From: Candidatus Odinarchaeota archaeon | GTDB taxonomy: Archaea > Asgardarchaeota > Odinarchaeia > Odinarchaeales > Odinarchaeaceae | Length of the DNA: 32,000 nucleotides | NCBI GenBank assembly: GCA_038826135.1 | Contig: JAWBON010000003.1 | Span: forward strand, 5,690 to 37,689 | Direction of reading: 5' to 3' | In this document: in pieces, positions 1 to 8,513 of the stretch | Layout of the letters: every line of letters begins with the position of its first letter | Numbering within the stretch: position 1 is the first letter of the stretch | Notes under the pieces: generated by a model | What the model was told of the DNA's origin: nothing | The model's database searches: none | What the model saw: only the letters and a program-made list of their open reading frames with translations | Made by a program: the position numbers and the translations under genes

Positions 1-966
1 TTCCGATTTAGCAAGATTCATAGCGTGAGTGGATGGCCCGTGGAAGACACCTATAACATTCACAAGCCGGCCTTCTAATTTAGATGAAATCAGCCAGGGA
101 AGATTTGAACTTCCAACTGTTCTAAAAGGACCTGGATGAATATTCGGGACTGCAAAAACCGTCTTTTTACCAGCCGCATCTTTAAAACAGATTAATCCAA
201 TTTCAATATTACTTGTCTCCCCCAGCTTATCAAATAAGTTTTCCAAATAAGTATTATCATCTTCAAGCCAGCTTGCCATAAAAGCTTTTAAAAAAACTGT
301 GCTCTTAATTCCGACCGCTTTCTTCAATTTCGAGTCAACAATGTATTTATATACGAAAACACCCGCCCCCATTATTATAGATGAGAGAATAATGCTAGGA
401 ATCCAGATAAAGGAACTTGTGAAAATCAATGGAAGAGGAGTATACAACGGGGTTAAAATCACACCTACACCGAGAATGGTTCTTAATACACTTAAAAAAA
501 GATTTTCCCACCAATTAGCAAAACTTATTGAGAAGAAAACTAGTAAACGGAGAGTTAATACTAATGCCCCACCCAGACTGAAACCGTATACAATCACAAC
601 AGGGTTAAAAGTAAAAAAATATATGAGAGCACTTATAATGTAAAAAACACCCCAAAGAAGCGTTTCTATAGTTGAGACCGCTACCAGCCGCCTTAAATTA
701 AGCATCCGTGTACTCCTATTAAGAATAAGCAACCCCACTAAACTGCTAATTAAAGCAGGTATAAAAAAGATTATAATCCCTTCTAAAAAACCATAATAAA
801 AATCCGATAACAAATTAAAGGGGGGTATAATAAACTCTGAGAGAACCCCCACAAATAAGCTAGCGGATAAGCTAATTAAAATTAATTTTTTAAATGAAGG
901 AAACTGAAATAATATACTGTAAAAGGAGGGCGCCTTCTCAACCTCGGTTTTAATCCCTTCACTCAA
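1..966 (-). CDS. DUF2070-like multi-pass membrane protein (3' end runs off the window)
   Basis: Hand translation from TTG at 966 (GGTGG upstream): MSEGIKTEVEKAPSFYSILFQFP, then hydrophobic segments, then a soluble part with VPNIHPGPF and FHGPSTHAMN motifs that I recall from DUF2070. It is missing from the ORF track because its stop is outside the window. Confidence 0.72.
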   Translation of the reverse strand, partial: MSEGIKTEVEKAPSFYSILFQFPSFKKLILISLSASLFVGVLSEFIIPPFNLLSDFYYGFLEGIIIFFIPALISSLVGLLILNRSTRMLNLRRLVAVSTIETLLWGVFYIISALIYFFTFNPVVIVYGFSLGGALVLTLRLLVFFSISFANWWENLFLSVLRTILGVGVILTPLYTPLPLIFTSSFIWIPSIILSSIIMGAGVFVYKYIVDSKLKKAVGIKSTVFLKAFMASWLEDDNTYLENLFDKLGETSNIEIGLICFKDAAGKKTVFAVPNIHPGPFRTVGSSNLPWLISSKLEGRLVNVIGVFHGPSTHAMNLAKSE

Positions 967-1057
967 CAGACATCAACCACCATCATAAACAATAAATATG
1001 AAGATACTTATAGAATCTGGATTTATATTTTACCATTACCGTTAAGCTGGTTTAAAA

Positions 1058-1558
1058 ATGCTACTGGAAGAATTAAGGACTAAACTACCTGAAATATTTG
1101 AACAAGTTAAGAAAGACGTGTGGAAGGCAATTAAACGGCGAAGAGCCGGCTTATCATTAGGATTAACTGAAATGGGGCTTTTCAGAGGCGGATTCATAGG
1201 AGGCATGTATTTCTCCGGAGGGACCATGATACTTATGAACACAACCCCCCTCCGTATAATACTGGAAAACTACCCGGAGGAAATAGTCCTCGCATACACA
1301 TACCACATACTATTACACGAATACATACACTCTCTCGGATACCTAGAAGAAGCTCAAACTAGAGCCATTACAATTCAAATAACACGGGAAATATACCCTG
1401 ATAGAAAACACCCGGCGCGGATAATAGCTGAAGAAGGCATAAGCGCATTCTTCCCTAGCATACCATTAATATACGCTCCAAGCAACTATGAACCGGCGAA
1501 CCTGCACATAGATATCGTAAAAGAATTCGATAAAGGAAGTAAAACATATTATATATAA
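1058..1558 (+). CDS. Putative zinc metallopeptidase-like protein (HEXXH)
   Basis: 166-aa ORF with ILLHEYIHSLG (HExxH) motif. Confidence 0.7.
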   Translation: MLLEELRTKLPEIFEQVKKDVWKAIKRRRAGLSLGLTEMGLFRGGFIGGMYFSGGTMILMNTTPLRIILENYPEEIVLAYTYHILLHEYIHSLGYLEEAQTRAITIQITREIYPDRKHPARIIAEEGISAFFPSIPLIYAPSNYEPANLHIDIVKEFDKGSKTYYI

Positions 1559-1622
1559 GAAAACTCGTAAAGTTAAAATATAAACATATTTCACTAAAAA
1601 CGTAAAAAATAATTTATAAAAA

Positions 1623-1754
1623 GCGGGGGTTCCCAAGCCAGGTCTAAGGGGCAGGACTGAGGAAGGATAAACCTTTAGATCTCCTGTGGACTTCCTTTCA
1701 AAAAAGGAGGCAGAGCGTAGGCCTTCATGGGTTCAAATCCCATCCCCCGCACCA
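1623..1754 (+). tRNA. tRNA-Leu(GAG) with two BHB introns (1663-1680 at 37/38; 1690-1715 in the variable arm), encoded CCA
   Basis: Acceptor stem GCGGGGG/CCCCCGC, T arm ATGGG-TTCAAAT-CCCAT, anticodon stem CAGGA/TCCTG with loop CT-GAG-G|C. After both introns are removed the variable arm GGC-GTAG-GCC forms; mature length 88 nt. Confidence 0.93.
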
Positions 1755-1787
1755 TCCATTTCGAGATTTATACTGTTTTAGAATTGT

Positions 1788-2639
1788 TTAGAATCTTTTT
1801 ACGTACCTGTGGCAGTATGGTATTCCACCGTTTTTATTATAGTAGTCTTGATGGTATTCCTCTGCGGGCCAGAATTCTGTAGCTTTAGTGATTTTTGTAG
1901 CGACTTTGTAGCCCTGATTTTTAAGCTGTTCGATTATTTTCTCAGCGGTTTTCTTTTGCTCCTCATTCAGATAGAATATTTCAGATCTGTATTGTTCACC
2001 TATATCCGGTCCCTGATGATTAATTTGGGTTGGATCGTGGATTTCAAAAAATATTTTTACAAGTTGCTCATATGTGACAGTATTCGGATCGAAAACAACT
2101 TCTACGGCTTCAGCGTGACCAGTGTTACCCTTACAAACATCGCGGTAAGAGGGGTTTTCTTTATGACCGCCAGTGTATCCGACCCTGGTTGAAATAACTC
2201 CTTTAACTTTTTTAAAAAAGTATTCAACCCCCCAAAAACAGCCTCCTGCGAATATTGCTTTTTCAATTTTTTCACTTTTATCTTCAGGTATAAAATTTAA
2301 TGAGATTGAATTAACACAGTGCCTGACATTTTTATCCGTAAACCCTTCGCCTGTAAATATATGGCCTAGATGCGCGCCGCATTTTGCACAAACAATCTCT
2401 GTTCTAATACCGTCTTGATCAAGCTGTTTACTTACCGCTCCAGGGATTTCATCATCAAAACTAGGCCATCCGCAACCTGAATCAAACTTATCGGATGAAC
2501 GGTAGAGGGGGGCGCCACAGCGCTTACAAGTATAAACCCCTTTCTCCCAGTGAAAAGTGTATTTACCAGTGAAAGGTGGCTCTGTGCCTTTGTAAATTAT
2601 TACGCGCTCCTCTTCTTCGGTTAATTTATTATAATTCAA
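1788..2639 (-). CDS. msrAB: Bifunctional peptide methionine sulfoxide reductase (MsrB-MsrA fusion)
   Basis: N-terminal MsrB (CKRCGAPLY, KFDSGCGWPSF, RHCVNS) and C-terminal MsrA (AGGCFWGVE, GHAEAVEV, AEEYHQDY). Confidence 0.95.
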   Translation of the reverse strand: MNYNKLTEEEERVIIYKGTEPPFTGKYTFHWEKGVYTCKRCGAPLYRSSDKFDSGCGWPSFDDEIPGAVSKQLDQDGIRTEIVCAKCGAHLGHIFTGEGFTDKNVRHCVNSISLNFIPEDKSEKIEKAIFAGGCFWGVEYFFKKVKGVISTRVGYTGGHKENPSYRDVCKGNTGHAEAVEVVFDPNTVTYEQLVKIFFEIHDPTQINHQGPDIGEQYRSEIFYLNEEQKKTAEKIIEQLKNQGYKVATKITKATEFWPAEEYHQDYYNKNGGIPYCHRYVKRF

Positions 2640-2725
2640 TTCTAAACACCCTTAGATTATTCAATATTCTAAATAGGTGTAAGCATTTATTAACTAATTA
2701 GTATAAATTAAGTATGGTGATACCC

Positions 2726-3229
2726 ATGGATGTGGGGAAAATTTTGAAACTTAAAATAATCTCGTCTGATTTTAAAGATGTTGGTAAAGTTAAATCGCTT
2801 GAAGTGCAAAATTGGAATGTAGTTGGGATTAGAGCTGAATTATCTAAAGAGTTGACTACACGATTCTTCGGTAAATCCACCTTCCGGTTAATAGGTGAGG
2901 AGACTCTTTTCCTAATTAAACTCGTTAAGAATATCGGTGATGTGATAGCGTTAAATGTAACAGGCCCGGATCTGATGGTTTACTCGAAACTCGGGCAGAT
3001 ATTCGTAAACGGCTGTGACGTTTTAAAAAAGGAAGTTATGTCCGTTAAAGATATCGATAAATTTACTAAAAAAATCGATGAACAGATAAAGGAGTTTTTA
3101 AAAGAGGTTGAAACGATCGCAGGGGTTTCGGATCAGACACGGATTAGTATAACTAGCGATGTTAATATTCTTAGAGAGAATTTAATTAACAGCGCTTATG
3201 AACAATTAGGTGTGGAACAGAAAAAATAA
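2726..3229 (+). CDS. PRC-barrel-like protein with C-terminal helical extension
   Basis: N-terminal pattern KIISSDFKDVGKVKSLEV..WNVVGI resembles a PRC barrel. GGTGA precedes the ATG at 2726, so this start is preferred over 2714. Confidence 0.55.
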   Translation: MDVGKILKLKIISSDFKDVGKVKSLEVQNWNVVGIRAELSKELTTRFFGKSTFRLIGEETLFLIKLVKNIGDVIALNVTGPDLMVYSKLGQIFVNGCDVLKKEVMSVKDIDKFTKKIDEQIKEFLKEVETIAGVSDQTRISITSDVNILRENLINSAYEQLGVEQKK

Positions 3230-3290
3230 TAATTCAAGTATTGCTAAGTATACTCAGCTAATAAAAATAAAAAAAAGTTAAGTTTTCTAA

Positions 3291-3641
3291 TTAAGCTAGT
3301 TTTCTGACCAAACTGATTATTCCAGCGATAATTATTAATATCGCACCAATAGAGCCACCGAAAATTAATGAGAGAATACCTAATATTATTAACATCACCC
3401 AATTGTGTTCCACTTTAGGCCCTAAATTAATAACACCGTAGCTGGTCAGCACTATTATACCGAATATTATAACTAGTATACCCCATACTATGTTTAATAA
3501 ACCGCCGGCGGGGATTAAAGGTCCGATCAATATAGCGGATAGCGCGATTAGTAGTACGCCGAAAATTATACTGAGAATCGCCCCGATGACCGCCAGAACT
3601 CTCACTATATCGTCTTTATCTTTAGATTTTTTAGTTGGCAT
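3291..3641 (-). CDS. Small multi-pass membrane protein
   Basis: 116 aa, about four Gly/Ile/Leu-rich hydrophobic segments, basic N-terminus. Confidence 0.7.
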   Translation of the reverse strand: MPTKKSKDKDDIVRVLAVIGAILSIIFGVLLIALSAILIGPLIPAGGLLNIVWGILVIIFGIIVLTSYGVINLGPKVEHNWVMLIILGILSLIFGGSIGAILIIIAGIISLVRKLA

Positions 3642-3762
3642 AAGATATATTATAAGGGATGTTTAATATAAAGATTACATTTATAATACGATAAAATTTA
3701 ATTATTGAACGTTTAACTTTATAAATAAAAAGTAGATATTATTCAGCTTATATTTTAGAAGT

Positions 3763-3867
3763 GGCTCGGTAGCTCAGCCCGGTAGAGCGGCAGCATGGTA
3801 AGTTGTCGGTCTTGTATGCATTGCATACGAGGATGAATCGTGGGTTCAATTCCCACCCGAGCCTCCA
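3763..3867 (+). tRNA. tRNA-Thr(GGT) with a 28-nt BHB-type intron at 46/47 (3810-3837), encoded CCA
   Basis: Acceptor stem GGCTCGG/CCGAGCC, U73, D arm GCTC/GAGC, anticodon loop AT-GGT-AA, T arm GTGGG-TTCAATT-CCCAC. The intron contains a 9-bp hairpin. Confidence 0.92.
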
Positions 3868-3901
3868 TTTTTATATTTTAACTGTTAAATTTATAAGTTA
3901 G

Positions 3902-3931
3902 TATTACTAAGTAATATATTATTTAGTAATA
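3902..3931. promoter_or_regulatory. Inverted repeat, candidate operator upstream of the RHH gene
   Basis: TATTACTAA (3902-3910) and TTAGTAATA (3923-3931), plus a third AGTAATA half-site at 3910-3916. Confidence 0.4.
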
Positions 3932-3943
3932 TTGAGGGCGACT

Positions 3944-4405
3944 ATGGAAGAACTTATTAGAATCTCCCTGACAATACCTAAAAATATACTCCAAAAACTA
4001 GATGAAGTATCCCCTAACCGGAGTTCATATATCACACAATTATTAAAAGAGAATTTTCAAGCGAAAAAAAGCCAGCAAATAATATTAGAAGTAAACTCGA
4101 GAAAAACACTAAAGCAATACCTTGATCCTAAAAACAAATATCATATAGATATTAACAAGCTCGCACCTGTTTTAGCAGTCTCAATAAAAACTGATTCAAG
4201 CGGACCGAAAATCAGTTTATTATCCTTCAAATATGGATCACCGATATTATTTAAAATTGACCTGTCACCGATTAAATATGATGAAGAATTAATTAATGAC
4301 AGTGGTGAATGGCTAAGGCTAATAGATGTTTACAGTGCTGACGGTGAGTTTATAATGAATTTATTGAATAACAATATTTTGATAGTTGATGAAATAAAGT
4401 TATAA
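3944..4405 (+). CDS. CopG/RHH-domain protein with unknown C-terminal domain
   Basis: N-terminal IRISLTIPKNILQKLDEVSPNRSSYITQLLKE fits a ribbon-helix-helix. GAGGG precedes the ATG at 3944. Confidence 0.6.
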   Translation: MEELIRISLTIPKNILQKLDEVSPNRSSYITQLLKENFQAKKSQQIILEVNSRKTLKQYLDPKNKYHIDINKLAPVLAVSIKTDSSGPKISLLSFKYGSPILFKIDLSPIKYDEELINDSGEWLRLIDVYSADGEFIMNLLNNNILIVDEIKL

Positions 4406-5326
4406 TATTCTCCTATCTTTCAAAGTAGTTAAGTATTTGAAGTACTCCCAGCGGTTATCTATGAACTTCTGAATAGCAGTTATTTCATTCCTACTTAGTT
4501 TAGAGAATCTTCCTTGCAGCGATAGATATGTTTCCAAGTTTTTCCTGTTTTTAGGGTCTAAGAGTTTTAAACTTGGACCCGTCAGATTAAATTTTGAGTC
4601 TTCCACCTCGAATAATGGCCACATCCCAGTGTCAACCGCTAGTTTAGATATTGTTACAGTGTATTTAGAGTCAAAACGCCATCCAGACGGGCAGGGAGTT
4701 AAAACATGTATGAAACGGAAACCTTGGTGCTTCTTTGCTTTTAAAACTTTATTATAGAGATCGATAGGGTAACCTGAGACTCCTGTGGCTAAATAGCTAG
4801 GTTCATGAGCTAAAATTATTGAGATAATATCTTTTTTCCTCTCTCTTTTACCTAAAAAGGGTGTTGTTGTAGTTAAAGCCCCGAACGGTGTTGCACCGCT
4901 TGTCTGTATGCCGGTATTCATATACGCCTCGTTATCATAACAGAAATATATCATGTCGGTGTTTCTCTCCGCCGCGCCGCTTAGAGCCTGCAAACCTATG
5001 TCAAATGTAGCCCCATCACCAGCCCAAACGATTACATTTAAGTTTTCAAATTTATTTTTAGCCTTTAAACCTTCTACTATGCCACAGCCGAAGGCTGCAG
5101 CTGAGTCAAAAGCCGAGTTTAACACAGGAATGTCTAAAGCAGATTTAGGATACATGCCTTGTATTATAGATGAGCAGCCGGCAGGGATGACTATTATTGT
5201 ATTTTTCCCTAGAGCTTTAAGAACATGTCTTAGTGCAAGAGCGGCACCACAACCTGCACAGGCCGCGTGACCTGGTAAAAGATGTTCATCTAAGCTGAGT
5301 TCTAATATTTTAGCCAATAAACTCAC
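4400..5326 (-). CDS. porB: 2-oxoacid:ferredoxin oxidoreductase beta subunit (POR/VOR type)
   Basis: GHAACAGCG, TPP-binding GDGATFDIG..YDNEAYMNTG, LTPCPSGW. Substrate specificity cannot be determined from sequence here. Confidence 0.92.
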   Translation of the reverse strand: MSLLAKILELSLDEHLLPGHAACAGCGAALALRHVLKALGKNTIIVIPAGCSSIIQGMYPKSALDIPVLNSAFDSAAAFGCGIVEGLKAKNKFENLNVIVWAGDGATFDIGLQALSGAAERNTDMIYFCYDNEAYMNTGIQTSGATPFGALTTTTPFLGKRERKKDIISIILAHEPSYLATGVSGYPIDLYNKVLKAKKHQGFRFIHVLTPCPSGWRFDSKYTVTISKLAVDTGMWPLFEVEDSKFNLTGPSLKLLDPKNRKNLETYLSLQGRFSKLSRNEITAIQKFIDNRWEYFKYLTTLKDRRIL

Positions 5327-6524
5327 CTTTTAAACCTATCCAGTAAATGTCTCTTTCCCTGATTTTATCAGTTAAATGTTTGTAGGAGTCTTTGACAAAT
5401 TCCATTATATCCCTTGTAGTTACATCCATTCCTCCTAAACCGGCAACAGCGGAGATTATCTTAATATTATCTTTTAATTCAAGTAGGGACGATCTAACCT
5501 CCCAAGAGAGGATCCCCCCTATTCCTGGCGATAGATCCCGGTCTATTATGAAAACCGCTTTTTTCGATTTACATATTTTCTTGAGCTCCTGATGAGGGAA
5601 CGGTCGGAGAGAACGCACTTTCAATGCACCTATTTTGTAACCTTCTTTTCTAAGCCGGTCTACAGCACTGATAGTTTGGTTGAATAATGTTCCGATAGAT
5701 ATTAAAATCAGGTCTGCGTCGCTACAATTATACTCGTATGTTAACCCTCCATATACTCTCCCCACTAATTTCTCGAATTCCAACTGAATTTTTTTGAAAA
5801 TACTGCCAGCTGTTATCATCGCTTTATGAGCTAAATATCGGTGTTTATAATATAAGTGGCCATGAGTAGCCGGTGATACAACATTTCCGTATGTAAAAGG
5901 CTTATTTACATCGAGTAGGATTTGATTAAATGATGAAGGGTTATACTCTGGTAAAAACTCATCTACCAGGTTTTGATCAATAAGCCTAACAGGAGTGGCT
6001 GTATGAGATAGAAGGAAGCCGTCCATGCAAAGCATTACGGGCAATTGGACTTGAGATGATTCAGCCAGCTTAAAACACTGAAACACTAAATCATATAATT
6101 CCTGGTTTGTAGAAGCGTAAATTTGGATCCATCCTGAGTCTCTTTCCAACATGGAGTCCGTGTGTTCCACCCAAATGTTCCAAGGAGGGGCTAGGGTTCT
6201 GTTAACATTAGTCATTACAATAGGTAGTCTGGACGCTGCCGCCCAGTAAAGCAATTCATGCATTAAAACAAGACCTTGAGAGGATGTTGCGGTATATACT
6301 CTACAACCAGTTGAAGCAGCACCTATACAAACCGCCATAGCACTACGTTCACCTTCAACCCGAATGAATCGTGATTTTAACATGCCTGTCTCCACCATTG
6401 CAGCTAAAGCTTCAACTATCTGTGTCTGCGGGGTTATAGGGTAAGCTGCGATGACATCTACATTAGACTGTTTTACTGCTTCGGCCACTGCGTAGTTTCC
6501 TGTTAAAATCCTAATGTCTGACAA
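5310..6524 (-). CDS. porA: 2-oxoacid:ferredoxin oxidoreductase alpha subunit
   Basis: AAYPITPQT, TATSSQGL, LRPFP and GLGG motifs; operon context. Confidence 0.93.
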   Translation of the reverse strand: MSDIRILTGNYAVAEAVKQSNVDVIAAYPITPQTQIVEALAAMVETGMLKSRFIRVEGERSAMAVCIGAASTGCRVYTATSSQGLVLMHELLYWAAASRLPIVMTNVNRTLAPPWNIWVEHTDSMLERDSGWIQIYASTNQELYDLVFQCFKLAESSQVQLPVMLCMDGFLLSHTATPVRLIDQNLVDEFLPEYNPSSFNQILLDVNKPFTYGNVVSPATHGHLYYKHRYLAHKAMITAGSIFKKIQLEFEKLVGRVYGGLTYEYNCSDADLILISIGTLFNQTISAVDRLRKEGYKIGALKVRSLRPFPHQELKKICKSKKAVFIIDRDLSPGIGGILSWEVRSSLLELKDNIKIISAVAGLGGMDVTTRDIMEFVKDSYKHLTDKIRERDIYWIGLKGEFIG

Positions 6525-6782
6525 TTATTCCCTCTCCATAATGATACATTTTTTAGGGCATTCCTGGGCGCATATACCGCATCCTTTACAGTAATCATAG
6601 TCAACTTTTGGAACGGTTTCTTTTTTAATTATTATAGCGGCGTCCGGGCAGTAGAGCCAACAATTATAGCATTTTACGCACTTTGAATAATCGATTATAG
6701 GCTTGCTGTGACGCCAGCTGCCTGTTTTGCCGAATGCTCCTTTCCCAGGTTTTGAAATCGGGATAATGCTTTTTTTACTCAT
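6525..6782 (-). CDS. porD: 2-oxoacid:ferredoxin oxidoreductase delta subunit (2x[4Fe-4S])
   Basis: TGSWR, then CVKCYNCWLYCP and CKGCGICAQECP. Confidence 0.93.
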   Translation of the reverse strand: MSKKSIIPISKPGKGAFGKTGSWRHSKPIIDYSKCVKCYNCWLYCPDAAIIIKKETVPKVDYDYCKGCGICAQECPKKCIIMERE

Positions 6783-6826
6783 AATATCACAATGTATGAT
6801 ATCATACTATTATGGAATATACTATA

Positions 6827-7396
6827 CTATAACATCTGACATTTTTCATAAGCTAATTTAGTAGCTTCAATATTTTTATCTAGGAATTCACCACTCCAAG
6901 TCTCTTCAACAACGGTGAGAATGTTTTTTAGTTTTACGAGTCCGGTGGCTTTTGAAAAGGCACCTAACATGCAGGTGTTAACAACAGGCAGACCTGCCAC
7001 AGTCAAATTAATATTAAATGCAATAGTTGTAGCATCTACGATAAAGACCTTCAGATCCTTCACCGAAGCCGCATTTATATCTGAACAGGGGGAATTAACT
7101 ATCAGATAGCCGCCCGTATTAATTTCCTTATCAGGGTGAACTATACTTAGAAGACTCCAATCAAGAACTATGAAAATATCAGCAGAATATATCGAAGTAA
7201 ACTCATGAATGGCGGTTCCCCCTATCCTAGTATAGGCTTTCACAGGGGCTCCCCGCCTTTCCGCTCCGAAAAAGGGAAATGATTGAACATCTTTAAAACC
7301 TTCAATAAAAGCGGCTTTAGCTAGAATATTTGACGCTGTTACTGCTCCTTGACCGCCTCTACCCAACCAAGTTATATCCCATTGCCGAATAGACAT
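6827..7396 (-). CDS. porC: 2-oxoacid:ferredoxin oxidoreductase gamma subunit
   Basis: GRGGQGAVTA, FFGAERRGAPV and VNTCMLGA motifs. Confidence 0.93.
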   Translation of the reverse strand: MSIRQWDITWLGRGGQGAVTASNILAKAAFIEGFKDVQSFPFFGAERRGAPVKAYTRIGGTAIHEFTSIYSADIFIVLDWSLLSIVHPDKEINTGGYLIVNSPCSDINAASVKDLKVFIVDATTIAFNINLTVAGLPVVNTCMLGAFSKATGLVKLKNILTVVEETWSGEFLDKNIEATKLAYEKCQML

Positions 7397-7569
7397 TTAC
7401 AACACCGGGTGCCTCACTAGAATTTTAGTTTTAGAGCAATATTAAATTTAGCTTATTTTCAACAAGAGGGGTTGGCGCAAAGTTTTTAACCTAATTTGAC
7501 GATAAAGGAAATACTCCTAGCTGTTAGCGGGGGTAGTTCAGTATATCAAAAATTAGAGGTGAAACTGTT

Positions 7570-7866
7570 ATGTCAGATGCAAATGTAGTATACGTTGGAA
7601 ATAAGCCAGTTATGAACTATGTTTTAGCTTGTGTTACCCAATTAAACCAGGGTGCTGATGAAATTATAGTAAAGGCTCGTGGTAGAGCTATTAGCAGAGC
7701 TGTTGATGTCGCAGAGATTTTAAAGAACAGATTTATGACGTCGGTAGAAGTCAAGGATATAAAAATAAGCACAGAACAGATCAACACAGCCGAGGGCGGC
7801 CAAGCTAACGTAAGTGCTATCGAGATAGCCTTAAGCGGTAAAGCTATCCCAAAAACTAAGAAATAA
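7570..7866 (+). CDS. albA: DNA/RNA-binding protein Alba
   Basis: [35 protein letters not shown]; GAGGTG RBS. Confidence 0.97.
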   Translation: MSDANVVYVGNKPVMNYVLACVTQLNQGADEIIVKARGRAISRAVDVAEILKNRFMTSVEVKDIKISTEQINTAEGGQANVSAIEIALSGKAIPKTKK

Positions 7867-7940
7867 ATAAATTTTTTATTTTTATTATTTTTCAATGTAG
7901 AAAAAGGGAAATGCGGTCGCCTTTACTAACCATATATGAC

Positions 7941-7963
7941 TATGTATTCTTATGGAATACATA
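7941..7963. terminator. Perfect 9-bp hairpin between the convergent alba and DUF355 genes
   Basis: TATGTATTC-TTATG-GAATACATA; function not established. Confidence 0.3.
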
Positions 7964-7964
7964 A

Positions 7965-8513
7965 TTAACCTAAATTGTAACCTATTTTTCTCACTAAGTC
8001 TTTTCTGCCTTGTCTTTGAGTATCGTCCTCGATCTTGTTAACAGACTGCCCGTCTACGACCCCCAGCACGGCCCTGCCTACGGAGGAGCCGAGCGGGGTC
8101 TCAGCTAAAATTACCTTACATTTATTAGCGGTCCCTACATATAAATTGACTACGCCGTAGCTAAGCTTTAAGGCGTTCATTAAATTTATAGGCCAAGCGC
8201 CTTTAAACTGTATTACAAACACGTGACTTGCACCTATGTTTAGTGCGTTCCGCGCCACTATTTTTTTTAAGGTTTCATCATTACCTTCTACACGGGTTAG
8301 CCTTGGATCAGCCTCATTCATCGCACATGCAAACCTAACTTGACCGTCAGTAGTCCCCGGGACGGCTGCTTGAACAATCCGGTAAAGTTCGTCAACCATT
8401 TTAATAGAGAAAATGGGGTTTTAATCCAGTGATTAAAAATTCCCCTGCCCTATTATTATCTGGTGGTCAGGTTCTTTTTCTATATCTACACTAATTAATT
8501 TAATTTCACTCAT
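7965..8513 (-). CDS. DUF355 / adenosine-specific kinase family protein, two exons (8513-8440 and 8412-7965), 173 aa after splicing
   Basis: Exon 2 has NEADPRLTRVEGND, IGASHVFVI, WPIN, TAN and LGVVDG motifs of the family. Exon 1 (GAAGGTGA RBS, ATG at 8513) encodes MSEIKLISVDIEKEPDHQIIIGQG. The spliced junction GQGNFSIKMVDEL aligns to the family's N-terminal GQxxF...VxDL region as I recall it. Confidence 0.88.
8413..8439 (-). other. 27-nt BHB intron in a protein-coding gene
   Basis: Minus strand reads GGGG-AAT-TTTTAATC-ACTG-GATTAAAA-CCCC-ATT. It contains two in-frame TAA codons, and excision at the standard BHB sites restores the frame. Confidence 0.85.

Noticed and set aside
299-643. Shadow ORFs in the track (299-643, 1042-1242, 1809-2192, 2173-2418, 2698-2880, 4953-5270, 5392-5592, 6915-7109, 7617-7895, 8560-8760, 9851-10033, 11797-12075, 12457-12657, 14768-14998, 16775-16969, 20037-20282, 23920-24123, 24606-24986, 26227-26436, 29760-29999)
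   Set aside because: They are antisense to or out of frame within well-supported genes and have no recognisable motifs.
6794-6807. 14-bp palindrome GTATGATATCATAC between porC and porD
   Set aside because: A single AT-rich palindrome in a short operon spacer with no second copy, so there is no support for a function.
7965-8399. 144-aa ORF taken as the complete DUF355 gene, or the locus called a pseudogene
   Set aside because: There is no RBS at 8399 and the N-terminal motif is missing. The upstream exon is intact, and the interruption is a precise BHB intron rather than decay.
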